Positions 1 through 7,598 of a stretch of 36,598 nucleotides of DNA are shown piece after piece (position 1 is the stretch's first letter; each line of letters opens with the position of its first letter). The notes under the pieces are model-generated. The model saw only the letters and a program-made list of their open reading frames with translations, made no database searches and had not been told where the DNA came from. Location: positions 1 through 36,598 of IMG/VR virus record IMGVR_UViG_3300049930_000025. One strand, written 5' to 3'. The stretch is from a virus (taxonomy: Duplodnaviria > Caudoviricetes). Made by a program: the position numbers and the translations under genes.

Positions 1-31
1 TCGCTGCTCTTGGCGATCAGCAGGAGCCGGC

Positions 32-580
32 ATGACCACCTTCCTGGCCGTGACGGTCGTCGTCTTGTGCGCCCTGTTTCTCGTGGTGTTGCGGGCGGTG
101 GAGAGGCGCTCCGGGCGGCCCGGTGATGCTCAGCTCGCCCTCGACCGCATCAACGCGCTGGAGGCTGCGCTGGGGCATGCATCGAAGCGGGCGTTCGAGA
201 GCCGGGGCCGGGACCGCCAGTCACGCCGCCAGCGCGACGACTGGATCCGGCTCTTCAACCGCCTAGAGGCGTCAGTCACCCATCACCGCAAGGGCAAGCT
301 GTACGGGATCGACACCTCGGATGAGATCGATGAGGCGTTGTGGACCGCTCGGGACAAGGTGCTGAAGGCGGCTCATTCCAAGGACTTGGACGGATTTGGA
401 CAGATTTGGAATGAGGCCGAACGCAACTCTGAGCCCGGAAAGTTGGGTCCCGGACCCGAGAGCCAACAAGGCTTGGGCGACCACTGCCCGACATGCGGCT
501 CACCCGTGGAAGTGGTGACGGGCGACGAGGGGACTAGCCACTACAAGCCCGTCGAGCGGCCGGGCGAGATGGGAGGATGA
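32..580 (+). CDS. Hypothetical protein, N-terminal TM helix and C-terminal CPTCG zinc-ribbon-like motif
   Basis: SD CAGGAG upstream; ATGA overlap with a truncated upstream ORF; hydrophobic N-terminus. Confidence 0.7.
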   Translation: MTTFLAVTVVVLCALFLVVLRAVERRSGRPGDAQLALDRINALEAALGHASKRAFESRGRDRQSRRQRDDWIRLFNRLEASVTHHRKGKLYGIDTSDEIDEALWTARDKVLKAAHSKDLDGFGQIWNEAERNSEPGKLGPGPESQQGLGDHCPTCGSPVEVVTGDEGTSHYKPVERPGEMGG

Positions 581-584
581 GGAC

Positions 585-812
585 GTGAGCGACGAGCCGC
601 TGGGCATCAAGCCCTCGGAGGGCTGGCGTGGTCGGCTCGTCACGTCCTTCGTCGTTCCCTCCCACCTTCTGGGCACGCGGCCACCTGACGACGAAGACGC
701 GCGAGAAGCTGCGTTGATCGACCGACTCCGCCAGGCGGGCATTCTTCGCGCCCGTGAGGCGGATGCTCGCCTTCGCCTGCTATGGCCTTCGACGCCTACG
801 ACTGGCCCCTGA
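585..812 (+). CDS. Hypothetical protein, last gene of the plus-strand early-type block
   Basis: GGAGG upstream of GTG; directly follows 32..580. Confidence 0.5.
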   Translation: MSDEPLGIKPSEGWRGRLVTSFVVPSHLLGTRPPDDEDAREAALIDRLRQAGILRAREADARLRLLWPSTPTTGP

Positions 813-908
813 GGTAGCGGCGGCCCGCCCAGGGTCTCAGCCGGGCGGGCCGTCACTCGCGTTCGAGACCTGTAGGTAAGCAGCCGGCCAGGACGGCAGA
901 AGGGCCTA

Positions 909-960
909 GAACGACGTAAGCGCCCCCGACCCCGGTGAGGGGTCGAGGGCGCTTTGTGTG
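909..960. terminator. Probable bidirectional intrinsic terminator
   Basis: Stem AAGCGCCC-C-CGACCCC(918-933)/GGGGTCG-A-GGGCGCTT(939-954); T-rich tails on both strands. Confidence 0.75.
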
Positions 961-997
961 TCGGAACGCGTTGATCAGTCGCTAGTCTCGCTCGCCG

Positions 998-1759
998 ATG
1001 CCGAAGGAGCTCTATCGGGTTTTCGTGGATGAATCGGGCGACCGAGGGTCCAGTCCGACGTCGAGCGACATCTTCGTCCTCGCCGCCGTAATCGTCCGCG
1101 ATGCAGATCTTCCCCGGGTGGTGGCGGGCCTGGAAGACATCAACGCGGCAATGAATAAGCCGCCGGGGACCGCGCTTCACTGGGCAGAGAACATCAAGAC
1201 GCACCAGGCCCGGAAGATGGTTGCCAAGCAACTCGGAACGCTTCCGATGACGCTCACCAACGTCGTCGTCATGAAGCGGTCCATGGGCTCCCCGTCGAGC
1301 CGCCTCGGTGACCCCACCTCGATGTACAACTACGCTGTCCGCCGACTGCTGGAGCGGATCTCCTGGTTCGTCGCGAGCCGCAACGGCGAGGCTGTGGTGA
1401 CCTTCGCCCACGTTCGGCGCTTCCCCTACGAGAAGCTTGAGGAGTACCTCGCACGACTCAAGACCCAGGACACGTCGATCAACTGGGCCTCGCTCACGGG
1501 GAAGCCTCGGATCGATCAGCCTCGCCGAGTGCCTGGGCTCCAGGTGGCCGACCTGTGTGCGGGCTGCCTGTGGAGCGCGCTCAAGCCCGACCGGTTCGGG
1601 AACTATGAGCAGGCGTACCTGCGCGAGATCTACCAGTTGCTCTACATGCGCCGCGGTAAGAAGATCCAGTCCTACGGCATGAACATCGTCGGCGAGAAGA
1701 ACTGCATGTCGATCTACCCGTGGTGGCCGAAGTTCGAGCTGGCCTGCTCGAAGCTCTAG
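998..1759 (+). CDS. DUF3800-family protein (RNase H-like acidic motifs)
   Basis: N-terminal VFVDESGD and C-terminal LQVADLCAG match the family hallmarks. No SD; TAGTCT -10 lies 9 nt upstream. Confidence 0.85.
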   Translation: MPKELYRVFVDESGDRGSSPTSSDIFVLAAVIVRDADLPRVVAGLEDINAAMNKPPGTALHWAENIKTHQARKMVAKQLGTLPMTLTNVVVMKRSMGSPSSRLGDPTSMYNYAVRRLLERISWFVASRNGEAVVTFAHVRRFPYEKLEEYLARLKTQDTSINWASLTGKPRIDQPRRVPGLQVADLCAGCLWSALKPDRFGNYEQAYLREIYQLLYMRRGKKIQSYGMNIVGEKNCMSIYPWWPKFELACSKL

Positions 1760-1857
1760 ATCGACAGCAGGACCGGGCCGGCAACTGCCGCCACAATGCG
1801 GGTGTCAGGGCTTCCCCCGACTGACGGGTCCCAGCCCTGCTGTCGATCTAGGTCTGC
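1756..1857 (-). ncRNA. Putative structured ncRNA convergent on the DUF3800 gene
   Basis: Perfect 16-bp inverted repeat 1756-1771/1836-1851. It extends to 22 bp through G-U pairs only on the minus strand. Inner hairpin GUCGGGG-GAAG-CCCUGAC; TATGAT -10 just upstream. Confidence 0.65.
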
Positions 1858-1864
1858 GAGTTGC

Positions 1865-1870
1865 ATCATA
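1865..1870 (-). promoter_or_regulatory. -10 element TATGAT for the putative ncRNA
   Basis: Near-consensus -10 in a GC-rich background, 13 nt before the long stem; no good -35. Confidence 0.5.
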
Positions 1871-1949
1871 ACCATGGCCCAGGGACCGGACGGAATCACG
1901 CAAAGAGCGGGCAAATGTCAGTCCGCTGGCCGCCACCATAAACCAGTGG

Positions 1950-1993
1950 GAACGACGAAGCGCCCCCATGCCTTTCGACCTAAGGGCGCTCGT
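1950..1993 (-). terminator. Intrinsic terminator ending the late operon
   Basis: AGCGCCC...GGGCGCT stem followed on the minus strand by TCGTCGTTC; lies just after the last late gene. Confidence 0.6.
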
Positions 1994-2027
1994 AGCCTGC
2001 TCATTCAGTTCTCGCCCCGCCGAACGT

Positions 2028-2195
2028 CTAGGTCGTCTTGAGGTAGACGATCACCACCGCCCCGAAGTGCCCCTCCCGGGTCTCCACACGTGCTGTTTCC
2101 ACCGGGAGTTCATGTCCTCCGGGGAGGTGGATGAGGACCTGGGCGTCTCCGGGGGCGGTGGTCTGGATGTGCTCGGTGAGCCGGCGGACGTTCAC
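2028..2195 (-). CDS. Hypothetical 55-aa protein (not in ORF track): MNVRRLTEHIQTT...VIVYLKTT
   Basis: Manually translated; GTGA coupling with the stop of the upstream gene. Confidence 0.65.
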   Translation of the reverse strand: MNVRRLTEHIQTTAPGDAQVLIHLPGGHELPVETARVETREGHFGAVVIVYLKTT

Positions 2196-2449
2196 GCGTG
2201 CGCGAGGTTGCGACGCCGACGACGCCAGGCGAGGACGATGCGACGACGCAGCTTCGGCGGCTTGTCACCGGCGGGCACAATCAGCGGCTGCCATGCCTCC
2301 AGCCAGTAGCCGCGGTCCCCGTGTCGCTCGCGCATGATGGCCCGCCCGCGTTGCAACTGGTGCCAGTCCCAGCAGGGGCCGTAGCCCTCAACATCGACGT
2401 GCTCGACGCGACCGCTCAGAAAGCGGTAGTAGAGCCGCCACACGTCCAT
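2192..2449 (-). CDS. Hypothetical Trp/Arg-rich protein
   Basis: TGATG coupling; SD GAGGTG. Confidence 0.65.
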   Translation of the reverse strand: MDVWRLYYRFLSGRVEHVDVEGYGPCWDWHQLQRGRAIMRERHGDRGYWLEAWQPLIVPAGDKPPKLRRRIVLAWRRRRRNLAHA

Positions 2450-2550
2450 CAACGCACCTCACGGAACGGCCCGAGGCAGCACCCGGCCGCGCGCATGATC
2501 CAGAGCACGCGCTTGCCGCACACCGGGCAGGACGGACGATCGATCGTCAT
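2449..2550 (-). CDS. Hypothetical 33-aa Cys-rich peptide MTIDRPSCPVCGKRVLWIMRAAGCCLGPFREVR (not in ORF track)
   Basis: Exactly fills the gap between the holin stop and the next ATG; CxxC motif. Confidence 0.55.
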   Translation of the reverse strand: MTIDRPSCPVCGKRVLWIMRAAGCCLGPFREVR

Positions 2551-2551
2551 G

Positions 2552-2893
2552 TCAGCGGCGCATGGCCAGCGGCGGCACGATCCCCACCGAGGCGGCCAAC
2601 GCGAGCGCGGCGACGACCAGGCCGCGCACGGTCGGGTCGATGTCGCCGATTGTGTTGACGACGTAGGCGCCGGCCGTGGCCACGCCCGTGAGCAAGAACG
2701 ACAGCTGCGGGCTGAGCGTCGGCCACTCGCCGGGCTTCGGAGGAATGATGCCGACCGACGCGAGCAGTGCGGTCAAGGCGGCGATGCCGCCTCGGAGCTC
2801 TTCGGAGACGTGGAGCTCTCCGGCGACGAGGTAGCCGAGACCGGCGACGAGGAGCCCGAGTAGCAGTCGGGCGGTGGGGGAGAACTCGATCAT
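2552..2893 (-). CDS. Probable holin (multi-TM, internally duplicated)
   Basis: About four hydrophobic segments; halves end ASVGIIPP and ASVGIVPP; SD AGGAGG; lysis-block position. Confidence 0.7.
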   Translation of the reverse strand: MIEFSPTARLLLGLLVAGLGYLVAGELHVSEELRGGIAALTALLASVGIIPPKPGEWPTLSPQLSFLLTGVATAGAYVVNTIGDIDPTVRGLVVAALALAASVGIVPPLAMRR

Positions 2894-2904
2894 GTGGGGG
2901 CCTC

Positions 2905-3327
2905 CTAGGCCGTGGGGATGGGGCAGGAGCGCAGGGCGCGCCTGCTGCGGTCGGCGATCTGCCGGTAGCCGCCAGGGGTGGGGTGGACGTGGTCGCGCAT
3001 CGGGACGTCGGCGTCGACGAGTCGTAGTCGCCGGTTGCGGCGACGTTCGGTGCGAAGGACCCGGTTGAACTCGGGATGCGATGGAATCGTCAGCCACACG
3101 ACGCACTCGCGGCCGGTGAGGATCTCGCGGACGTTCTGGCGGAAGTGGTGTGCGTGCCTTGGGTCGTCGTTGACGCCGAGGCTGACGACGATGCGGGTGT
3201 GTGAGTCAGAGCGGATCGCCCGTGCTCCGGCGGTGGAGTCTTGGCCGACTTTGGCGACCTGGGCGGCTGGGTGTGTGTGCTGGGCGAGGCCGACGGCGAT
3301 GCTGTCGCCCGTTAGTAGCCACGCCAT
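2905..3327 (-). CDS. SGNH/GDSL-family esterase
   Basis: Blocks GDSI, G, LGVND and DHVHP in canonical order; start set at MAWLLTGDS, just after the lysozyme stop. Confidence 0.85.
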   Translation of the reverse strand: MAWLLTGDSIAVGLAQHTHPAAQVAKVGQDSTAGARAIRSDSHTRIVVSLGVNDDPRHAHHFRQNVREILTGRECVVWLTIPSHPEFNRVLRTERRRNRRLRLVDADVPMRDHVHPTPGGYRQIADRSRRALRSCPIPTA

Positions 3328-3329
3328 GG

Positions 3330-3974
3330 TCAGGTCTTGAGGTAGAGCGCGCGTTCTGCGCGGCGGCGGCGGGTGAGTCCGGGCAGCGTTCGGCCTCCGG
3401 CTTTGTCGTAGACGAGGAAGGCATCGGCGATCGTCCGGTGGTTCTTGGAGCGCAGCGCGGCGCCCATCGTCTTGCCGGGCGTGAGGATCCCGGGGCCGAG
3501 GTTGTAGACCAGCGACGCGAGCGCGTCGGCCTGACGCTGCGTGAGGTCCAGGCCGATCGCCTTCGCGAGCTCCAGAACGGGCGCGAGGTAGTCGTGGTTC
3601 AACCGGCGGCGAAGACGAGCGAGCGCGTAGGCGCGCGTCCACGGCTTCGCGGTCAGCTCCTGCGTCTCGCCGAACCCTTGTGTGAGGATGCCAACCGGGT
3701 CCCGGTAGGCCATGGGCCGGAAGCCTTCGAAGGCGGCGACGAACGCGACCCCGGCGTTGCTCATCGACGAGAAACCTGCATGGCGGGTGAGGACCCGGTC
3801 GGCATCGACGACCTGCTGGTCGCGCAGCGCAAGTCGGGCACGCGCCTCCCGGAGCATGGCCTTGCCGTGAGCGGATCCGGCTCGGCGGCCCCAGTAGACG
3901 ACCGAGCGGCGTGCGCGGTCACGGAGCTTGATCCGCTCGGCACGACGGTCACGCCAGCGAGACAGGACGCTCAT
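3330..3974 (-). CDS. GH24 phage lysozyme with basic N-terminal extension
   Basis: FEG...YRDPVG..TQGFG (E-D-T triad), DALASLVYNLG and LPGLTRRRRAERALY; ATGA coupling. Confidence 0.92.
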   Translation of the reverse strand: MSVLSRWRDRRAERIKLRDRARRSVVYWGRRAGSAHGKAMLREARARLALRDQQVVDADRVLTRHAGFSSMSNAGVAFVAAFEGFRPMAYRDPVGILTQGFGETQELTAKPWTRAYALARLRRRLNHDYLAPVLELAKAIGLDLTQRQADALASLVYNLGPGILTPGKTMGAALRSKNHRTIADAFLVYDKAGGRTLPGLTRRRRAERALYLKT

Positions 3975-4363
3975 CGCCCGGCCTTGCGCTGGCGCTCGAT
4001 GTGCCGCGAGAGCCTGAGCAGGTCCCTGCGGCTGATCTGCGTGTGCCACGGCTCATCGGCGATCGGGCGCACGGCGCTTCGGCAGCCCCTGTGCTGGAGG
4101 AACTTGACGAGCGCCTGCGCACCGTCGGCGTCCACGGCGTGGTTGCACAACCCGTAGTTGATGTGCGGCGCGCCCGGCGTCGGCCACGCCGCACCGGTCG
4201 GGTTGCGCGGCGTCCAGAGGCCGTGCTTCTTCACGCGAGCTCGCTGGAGGGCGATGGTGCGGCGGCCGTCGTTGACATGGAACTCCACGCCCATCCTGCG
4301 GGCATGGGTGAGCACGACATGCCACGGCTTGGAGACGGGCCGTCCGTCGATCTTGTACGTCAT
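3971..4363 (-). CDS. Peptidase M15-like (VanY/endolysin) zinc peptidase
   Basis: GRRTxxxQ, PH...HAVD and EPWH motifs; SD AGGAGG. Confidence 0.75.
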   Translation of the reverse strand: MTYKIDGRPVSKPWHVVLTHARRMGVEFHVNDGRRTIALQRARVKKHGLWTPRNPTGAAWPTPGAPHINYGLCNHAVDADGAQALVKFLQHRGCRSAVRPIADEPWHTQISRRDLLRLSRHIERQRKAGR

Positions 4364-4499
4364 GAAGCCTCCTGGCAGGGACCGGGTGGGCGAGATAGGT
4401 GTCTGCCGGCCTCGCGGTCGCCCCTGAGGGGCCCCGGCCGGGGTGGGGTGGGGGGCCCGCGACAGCGGGCCGGCAGCTTTAGGGCGCTAGGGTCGGCTC

Positions 4500-4787
4500 A
4501 TGCGCGAACTACGTGACGCCTACGGACCGATGACGATCACCGAGCACACGATGCTGTTCGGGCAGATCCAGGGCAACGCCCAAGTCGTCACTGGCGTTCG
4601 ACTCATCGCGCACGGCCAGATCGTAGGCAACCTGGTGATCATGCCCGGGGGTGTTGCGGAGGTCTACGGCATGATCATCGGCGATGTCATCAACGGCGGC
4701 GACGTGTCGATCTATGGGACCGTCACAGGGCGAATCCTGGACGAAGCGGGCACCGCGATCGTCGCGTCGACCGCGCGAATCGGCTGA
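4500..4787 (+). CDS. Bactofilin-like (polymer-forming beta-helix) protein, antisense moron
   Basis: Repeats GQIQGN, GQIVGN, GMIIGD, GTVTGR at 16-18 aa spacing; leaderless TAGGGT-N6-ATG. Confidence 0.7.
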   Translation: MRELRDAYGPMTITEHTMLFGQIQGNAQVVTGVRLIAHGQIVGNLVIMPGGVAEVYGMIIGDVINGGDVSIYGTVTGRILDEAGTAIVASTARIG

Positions 4788-4791
4788 CGCC

Positions 4792-5103
4792 CTAAGGGCA
4801 GGACGTCGGGATCGTCGCCTTGGCGATCTTCAACTGCTCAGGCGGATACACCCTGCGGCGCTCAGCGTCCTTGACGGCGTAGGGGCCGAGCTGTTTGGTG
4901 CGCTCACAGGAGGCGCGGGCGGCCTGTGCGGCCTGGTGCTGATCGATGGCATAGACGACCAGCGCGATGGTCATCACCGCGCTGAGACCCACCAGCCAGA
5001 GGCCGGTGACGAACTGTCCCCAGCGCCCCCACCACTCTCGTAGCGCGCAGAGACGTGGGTGGCGGCCGTCGCCGGAACGACGAAGCGGGCACGGCGGGTT
5101 CAT
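4792..5103 (-). CDS. Membrane protein, one TM helix (lysis-associated?)
   Basis: Hydrophobic segment; ATGA coupling. Confidence 0.6.
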   Translation of the reverse strand: MNPPCPLRRSGDGRHPRLCALREWWGRWGQFVTGLWLVGLSAVMTIALVVYAIDQHQAAQAARASCERTKQLGPYAVKDAERRRVYPPEQLKIAKATIPTSCP

Positions 5104-5219
5104 GGCTTGGTCCTCTCGATCAGGTAGGCGCTCAACGCCAGACCGACGCAGGCCGCCAGCCCGGTGATCATGTAGACGGCGGTGAACGCGGCGGCGAGGA
5201 CCAGCATGAGGCGGGTCAT
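5100..5219 (-). CDS. 39-aa hydrophobic peptide MTRLMLVLAAAF...
   Basis: ATGA coupling at both ends. Confidence 0.55.
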   Translation of the reverse strand: MTRLMLVLAAAFTAVYMITGLAACVGLALSAYLIERTKP

Positions 5220-5437
5220 CGTCGCGTCCACCACTGCACGAGTCGCTCCAGGCCTAGGGCGCCGGTGATGAACGCCACGCCGGTGCCGACGACGATCGGC
5301 CTCGGCTCCTCGCGTGCGTAGAACTCGGTGAGGACGACGGCGAGGCCGATCGCTTGCACGAGCCTGAAGAACCACACCTGCCACGGGTCCTGCGACGGCG
5401 CGCTCTGCCGGCGTCGCCGGGGGGTCTGGTCGGTCAC
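5216..5437 (-). CDS. Small two-TM membrane protein (holin/antiholin-like)
   Basis: Two hydrophobic helices; SD GGAGGA. Confidence 0.65.
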   Translation of the reverse strand: MTDQTPRRRRQSAPSQDPWQVWFFRLVQAIGLAVVLTEFYAREEPRPIVVGTGVAFITGALGLERLVQWWTRR

Positions 5438-5539
5438 GCACGTGCTCCTCCCGCTGCTGGACCATCGAGCAACGCACTAGCGATCAAAATGGGTGGCTGG
5501 TTGGATCATGGGGGCTGGACACTCCATGTCGGAAGGGGC

Positions 5540-6499
5540 TTAGGACGGGCGGAAAGCGTTGGCTTCGGCGGTCTCTCTCGTCGTCGCGCAGGTGAAGCCG
5601 TCGTACCAAGCGGTCGCGTCGCCGGCGTTCGCCGGGTCGCGGTAGGTGCCCAGCCGCACGTGGGAGATCGGCACCGTGTCCCAGTCGGGAAGGTCGAGAT
5701 TGCCGCCGCTGACAACATCCGGGTCGGTCATGGTCGTAAACGGCGTCTCGGCCATGATCTGCTGGAGGCCTTGACCGTCGGCGATGTCGACCCACCACTC
5801 GAGTCGCCCGATGGCAGGGTTGCGGTGAAACTTGATGCGCAGCAGCGACCTGACCCACTGGTCGGTGGGGATGTTCACCGCAGCTCGTTCTACGGTGGCT
5901 CCGGTGTCCGGGTCGGTGTTGTCGGAGCACATCAGGCGATACCGCGTCGCGCCGACCAGCGGAGCACTACGGGCCACCTGCATCGACACGGCCGGCACGC
6001 CGCCGACGCCGCCGATCTGCTTCCACTGGTTGCAGATCACAAACCCGCCACCGATAGGCGTCGTCGACGGCAAGTAGTAGGACCAGGCAAACCATCGCTC
6101 GTCACCTTCGTAGTGCAAGCGTGACCGCGCGCGGTCGTAAGGGTTTGCCATGCAGACCTCGGCCCGCTCGCCGGAGGTGGGGTTCGTGATCGGGTCCTGC
6201 GTGTTGTAGTTGTCCCGGGAGACGTAGATGTCGCCGTCGTCGCCGTCGATGACGTCGACGCGCAGCGAGTAGAACCCGGCACCACGAGGAGAGAATGGGT
6301 CACGGGTGAAGCGGAGGTGGCTGGCGGCTGCATGGTTGCCCCATTCCTCCGGCCACGGAAGCGAGCCGTCGGCCGCCCACTCGCCTGGCCCTAGCATCAT
6401 CTGCCCGCTGCGGCTCGCGCGCCGTTCCAGCTCGCTGACCCGTCTCATCAGCGTCTGCATCTGGTCGCGCAGGTCTGGTGGGGTGAGGTGGCCTTTCAT
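5540..6499 (-). CDS. Minor tail protein with polysaccharide-lyase-like beta-jelly-roll domain
   Basis: N-terminal coiled coil (LMRRVSELERR); motifs ERAEV, ERWFAWSYYLP, QWKQ, GRLEWWVD and RLGTYRD. Confidence 0.7.
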   Translation of the reverse strand: MKGHLTPPDLRDQMQTLMRRVSELERRASRSGQMMLGPGEWAADGSLPWPEEWGNHAAASHLRFTRDPFSPRGAGFYSLRVDVIDGDDGDIYVSRDNYNTQDPITNPTSGERAEVCMANPYDRARSRLHYEGDERWFAWSYYLPSTTPIGGGFVICNQWKQIGGVGGVPAVSMQVARSAPLVGATRYRLMCSDNTDPDTGATVERAAVNIPTDQWVRSLLRIKFHRNPAIGRLEWWVDIADGQGLQQIMAETPFTTMTDPDVVSGGNLDLPDWDTVPISHVRLGTYRDPANAGDATAWYDGFTCATTRETAEANAFRPS

Positions 6500-7539
6500 C
6501 AGGCCTCCTGGCCGTCGAAGGTCAGCGCGTGCGCGGCCTCGTGGCCGTCCTGATCGAGCGTGATCTCAATGCTGTTCGGTCGGACCTGCGCTTCGATGTT
6601 CAGCACCGATGAGCGGAAGGTGACGGTGTCGCCGATCCAGTAGTCGCCCGACGAGGCGTACATGCCCGGCTGCGGAGCAAGGTCGGGGTGAGGGGTGAAC
6701 TGGATGACCTCGATCGGCACCGGCCGAATCAGCGCCTGAGCCTTGGCGTCCAAGGTCGCCTGGTCGGTCGTGCCGTCCGAGGCCGAGACGATGAGCCCGC
6801 GTACGCGGTACCGACCTTGGGAGGTGAGATCCTCGGCTCGGCCGTAGAGCCCGTTCTCTCCGAGCACCTTGACGCGGTTGACCGGCCGGTACTGAAAGCT
6901 GGACGCGCTGGTGACGTTGCCGACGGTGCCGGGCCCGTGCTCGAAGATCGCCTGCGGCCGCACGGTGCCCTGATCGGCGACGACGTTGAACGCGGCCATG
7001 ACCTGGCCCTCGTCGACGTAGGTCAGGTACACGTCGGGGCCGTCTATCACCGCCGTCATCTGCGTGACGAGGTCGAGAAGCTGCTGGTCCTGATAGGAGC
7101 GGTCGCGGGCGACGGTGGCCTCGATCACGCCCTGGCGTAGCCCGGTCGCCTCGTCGGCGTTGGCCGCGGCGATGAGATTCCAGAGGATCTGGCCCTGGTC
7201 GATTCCGGCGAACTCGATCGTGTCGGTGAACCGCTCGCTCAGGTCGAGCGGATCGCGAAAGCTGACCTTTGCTGTTGAGCTCTCGGCGCCGTCGTCGATC
7301 CGTGTCGGCGCCCACTCGCCCCGAAACCACAACTCATCGTTGCGTCGGGCGTCGAGACGCGGAAGCCCGTCGGATAGCGCGGCACGGGTGAGCTCGACTT
7401 CGGGGTCGGTGGCCTGGGTGGTCAGCTCGACATCGGCCGGCCGGTTGCGCTCCCACTTCAACCGGGTCGACGAGGCGCGGGCTTCGCCGATGACGACGTC
7501 GGCATGGTCCTTGAGCGGCAACGTCCAGGCAGGGGGCAA
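6499..7539 (-). CDS. Minor tail / baseplate hub protein
   Basis: Position after Dit; DQGQILWNLI, NRVKVLG and DYWIGDTV motifs typical of actinophage hub proteins; TTG start with SD AAGGAG. Confidence 0.75.
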   Translation of the reverse strand: MPPAWTLPLKDHADVVIGEARASSTRLKWERNRPADVELTTQATDPEVELTRAALSDGLPRLDARRNDELWFRGEWAPTRIDDGAESSTAKVSFRDPLDLSERFTDTIEFAGIDQGQILWNLIAAANADEATGLRQGVIEATVARDRSYQDQQLLDLVTQMTAVIDGPDVYLTYVDEGQVMAAFNVVADQGTVRPQAIFEHGPGTVGNVTSASSFQYRPVNRVKVLGENGLYGRAEDLTSQGRYRVRGLIVSASDGTTDQATLDAKAQALIRPVPIEVIQFTPHPDLAPQPGMYASSGDYWIGDTVTFRSSVLNIEAQVRPNSIEITLDQDGHEAAHALTFDGQEA

Positions 7540-7598
7540 GGCGGCTCCTTCCGATGCAGCCCACAGCGACCGCCGTGGGGCGTAGCGTTTGAACCGCT

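Noticed and set aside
832-889. HDV-like ribozyme (7-bp P1 with a G-U first pair, CUCGC loop-like segment)
   Set aside because: P3 cannot form and there is no catalytic C in a J4/2-like strand; kept only as a possible pseudoknot.
1756-1851. tRNA gene
   Set aside because: No T-loop GTTCRA, D-loop or CCA end, and the closing stem is far too long.
4428-4471. G-quadruplex from four G-runs upstream of the lysis genes
   Set aside because: Competing GC hairpins are equally plausible and G-runs are common at this GC content.
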